A program made the position numbers and the translations under genes. Below, piece after piece: positions 63,786-64,000 of a stretch of 64,000 nt of DNA. Below the pieces are notes generated by a model. The model made no database searches. It was not told where the DNA came from and saw only the letters and a program-made list of their open reading frames with translations. This stretch comes from Lentisphaerota bacterium (GTDB lineage: Bacteria; Verrucomicrobiota; Kiritimatiellia; RFP12; UBA1067), in the NCBI GenBank assembly GCA_015061665.1, contig SUWC01000001.1, positions 35,737 to 99,736 of the forward strand. The letters run 5' to 3'. Numbering within the stretch: the stretch's first letter is position 1; the number at the start of each line of letters is the position of its first letter.

Positions 63786-64000
63786 ATGACTAATGACGAA
63801 ATGATAGCCCGCGCCAGGGAGGTCTTCGACATCGAGATCGAAGGCCTTCGCAGGACGCGCGAATCGCTGGGCGAGAGCTTCACGAAGGCCGTGGAGCTCA
63901 TGCTCGGCTGCATACGCGCGGAGGGCATAATCGTCGTCACCGGCGTTGGCAAGAACCTTGCCGTCGCCGAAAAGATGAGCGCGATCTTCGCCTCGACGGG
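63786..64000 (+). CDS. SIS-domain sugar-phosphate isomerase (KpsF/KdsD-like arabinose-5-phosphate isomerase), 5' fragment
   Basis: MTNDEMIARAREVFDIEIEGLRRTRESL...GIIVVTGVGKNLAVAEKMSAIFAST is a typical KpsF/GutQ N-terminus and SIS motif. Runs off the window end. Confidence 0.7.
   Translation, partial: MTNDEMIARAREVFDIEIEGLRRTRESLGESFTKAVELMLGCIRAEGIIVVTGVGKNLAVAEKMSAIFAST

Overview
Composite 64-kb bacterial window: a low-GC origin-proximal core block, a long high-GC block of housekeeping and glycan-utilisation genes, a repeat-rich accessory island, and two cell-surface megaprotein genes.

Core block (about 1-5.3 kb, roughly 40-50% GC): dnaN (partial), dnaA and mnmG, with DnaA-box-like motifs clustered in the dnaA-dnaN spacer, upstream of dnaA and upstream of mnmG. 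mnmG carries an unusual in-frame insertion that includes a tandem repeat of about 110 bp, with a perfect 14-bp palindrome in each unit.

High-GC block (about 65% GC, from roughly 5.5 kb): an alkaline-phosphatase-superfamily metalloenzyme; a four-tRNA cluster (Arg-Met-Pro-Cys); a secreted GH28 pectinase-like enzyme; two tandem paralogous two-component systems (HisKA_3 kinases with tandem periplasmic OB-like modules plus NarL-type regulators); tRNA-Leu; yceD-rpmF-plsX-leuS; a DciA-like gene; acpP; GH127; a MITE-like hairpin-capped inverted-repeat element in the GH127/galM divergent promoter region; galM; ridA; a small radical-SAM gene; a divergent purF; serA; an orphan gspF-like gene plus an unknown gene. 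leuS contains three to four in-frame copies of a roughly 45-nt DNA repeat encoding a [10 protein letters not shown] peptide.

Accessory island (28.4-37.1 kb): no credible long ORFs over large stretches; mosaic repeats (CTAG-rich octamer tandem, a conserved roughly 100-bp element in three copies, and inverted G-rich/C-rich heptamer blocks). It carries an orphan DUF2281-like antitoxin, an AAA-ATPase (PF09820-like) fused to a PD-(D/E)xK nuclease, a strongly expressed secreted protein, and a REP-associated tyrosine transposase (RAYT) with an intact HuH/Tyr core fused through 33-bp hairpin-forming tandem repeats to a C-terminal domain of about 230 aa of unknown function.

Megaprotein cassette (37.1-61.5 kb): a 3797-aa signal-peptide protein with a triplicated glycine-rich module; an overlapping small coiled-coil lipoprotein; and a 4186-aa protein with many thrombospondin-type-3-like Ca-binding DxDxDG motifs and a LamG domain. 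It is preceded by an array of six TGTYRRCAA direct repeats. I think this three-gene cassette, and possibly the RAYT fusion with its repeats, is the most likely undescribed system.

The window ends with ackA-pta and a partial kpsF. A shared promoter architecture, CCCCCTTGCGC-N17/18-TAnAnT, is visible upstream of the tRNA operons, acpP and the secreted-protein gene. All calls are from sequence inspection only; no database searches were run.
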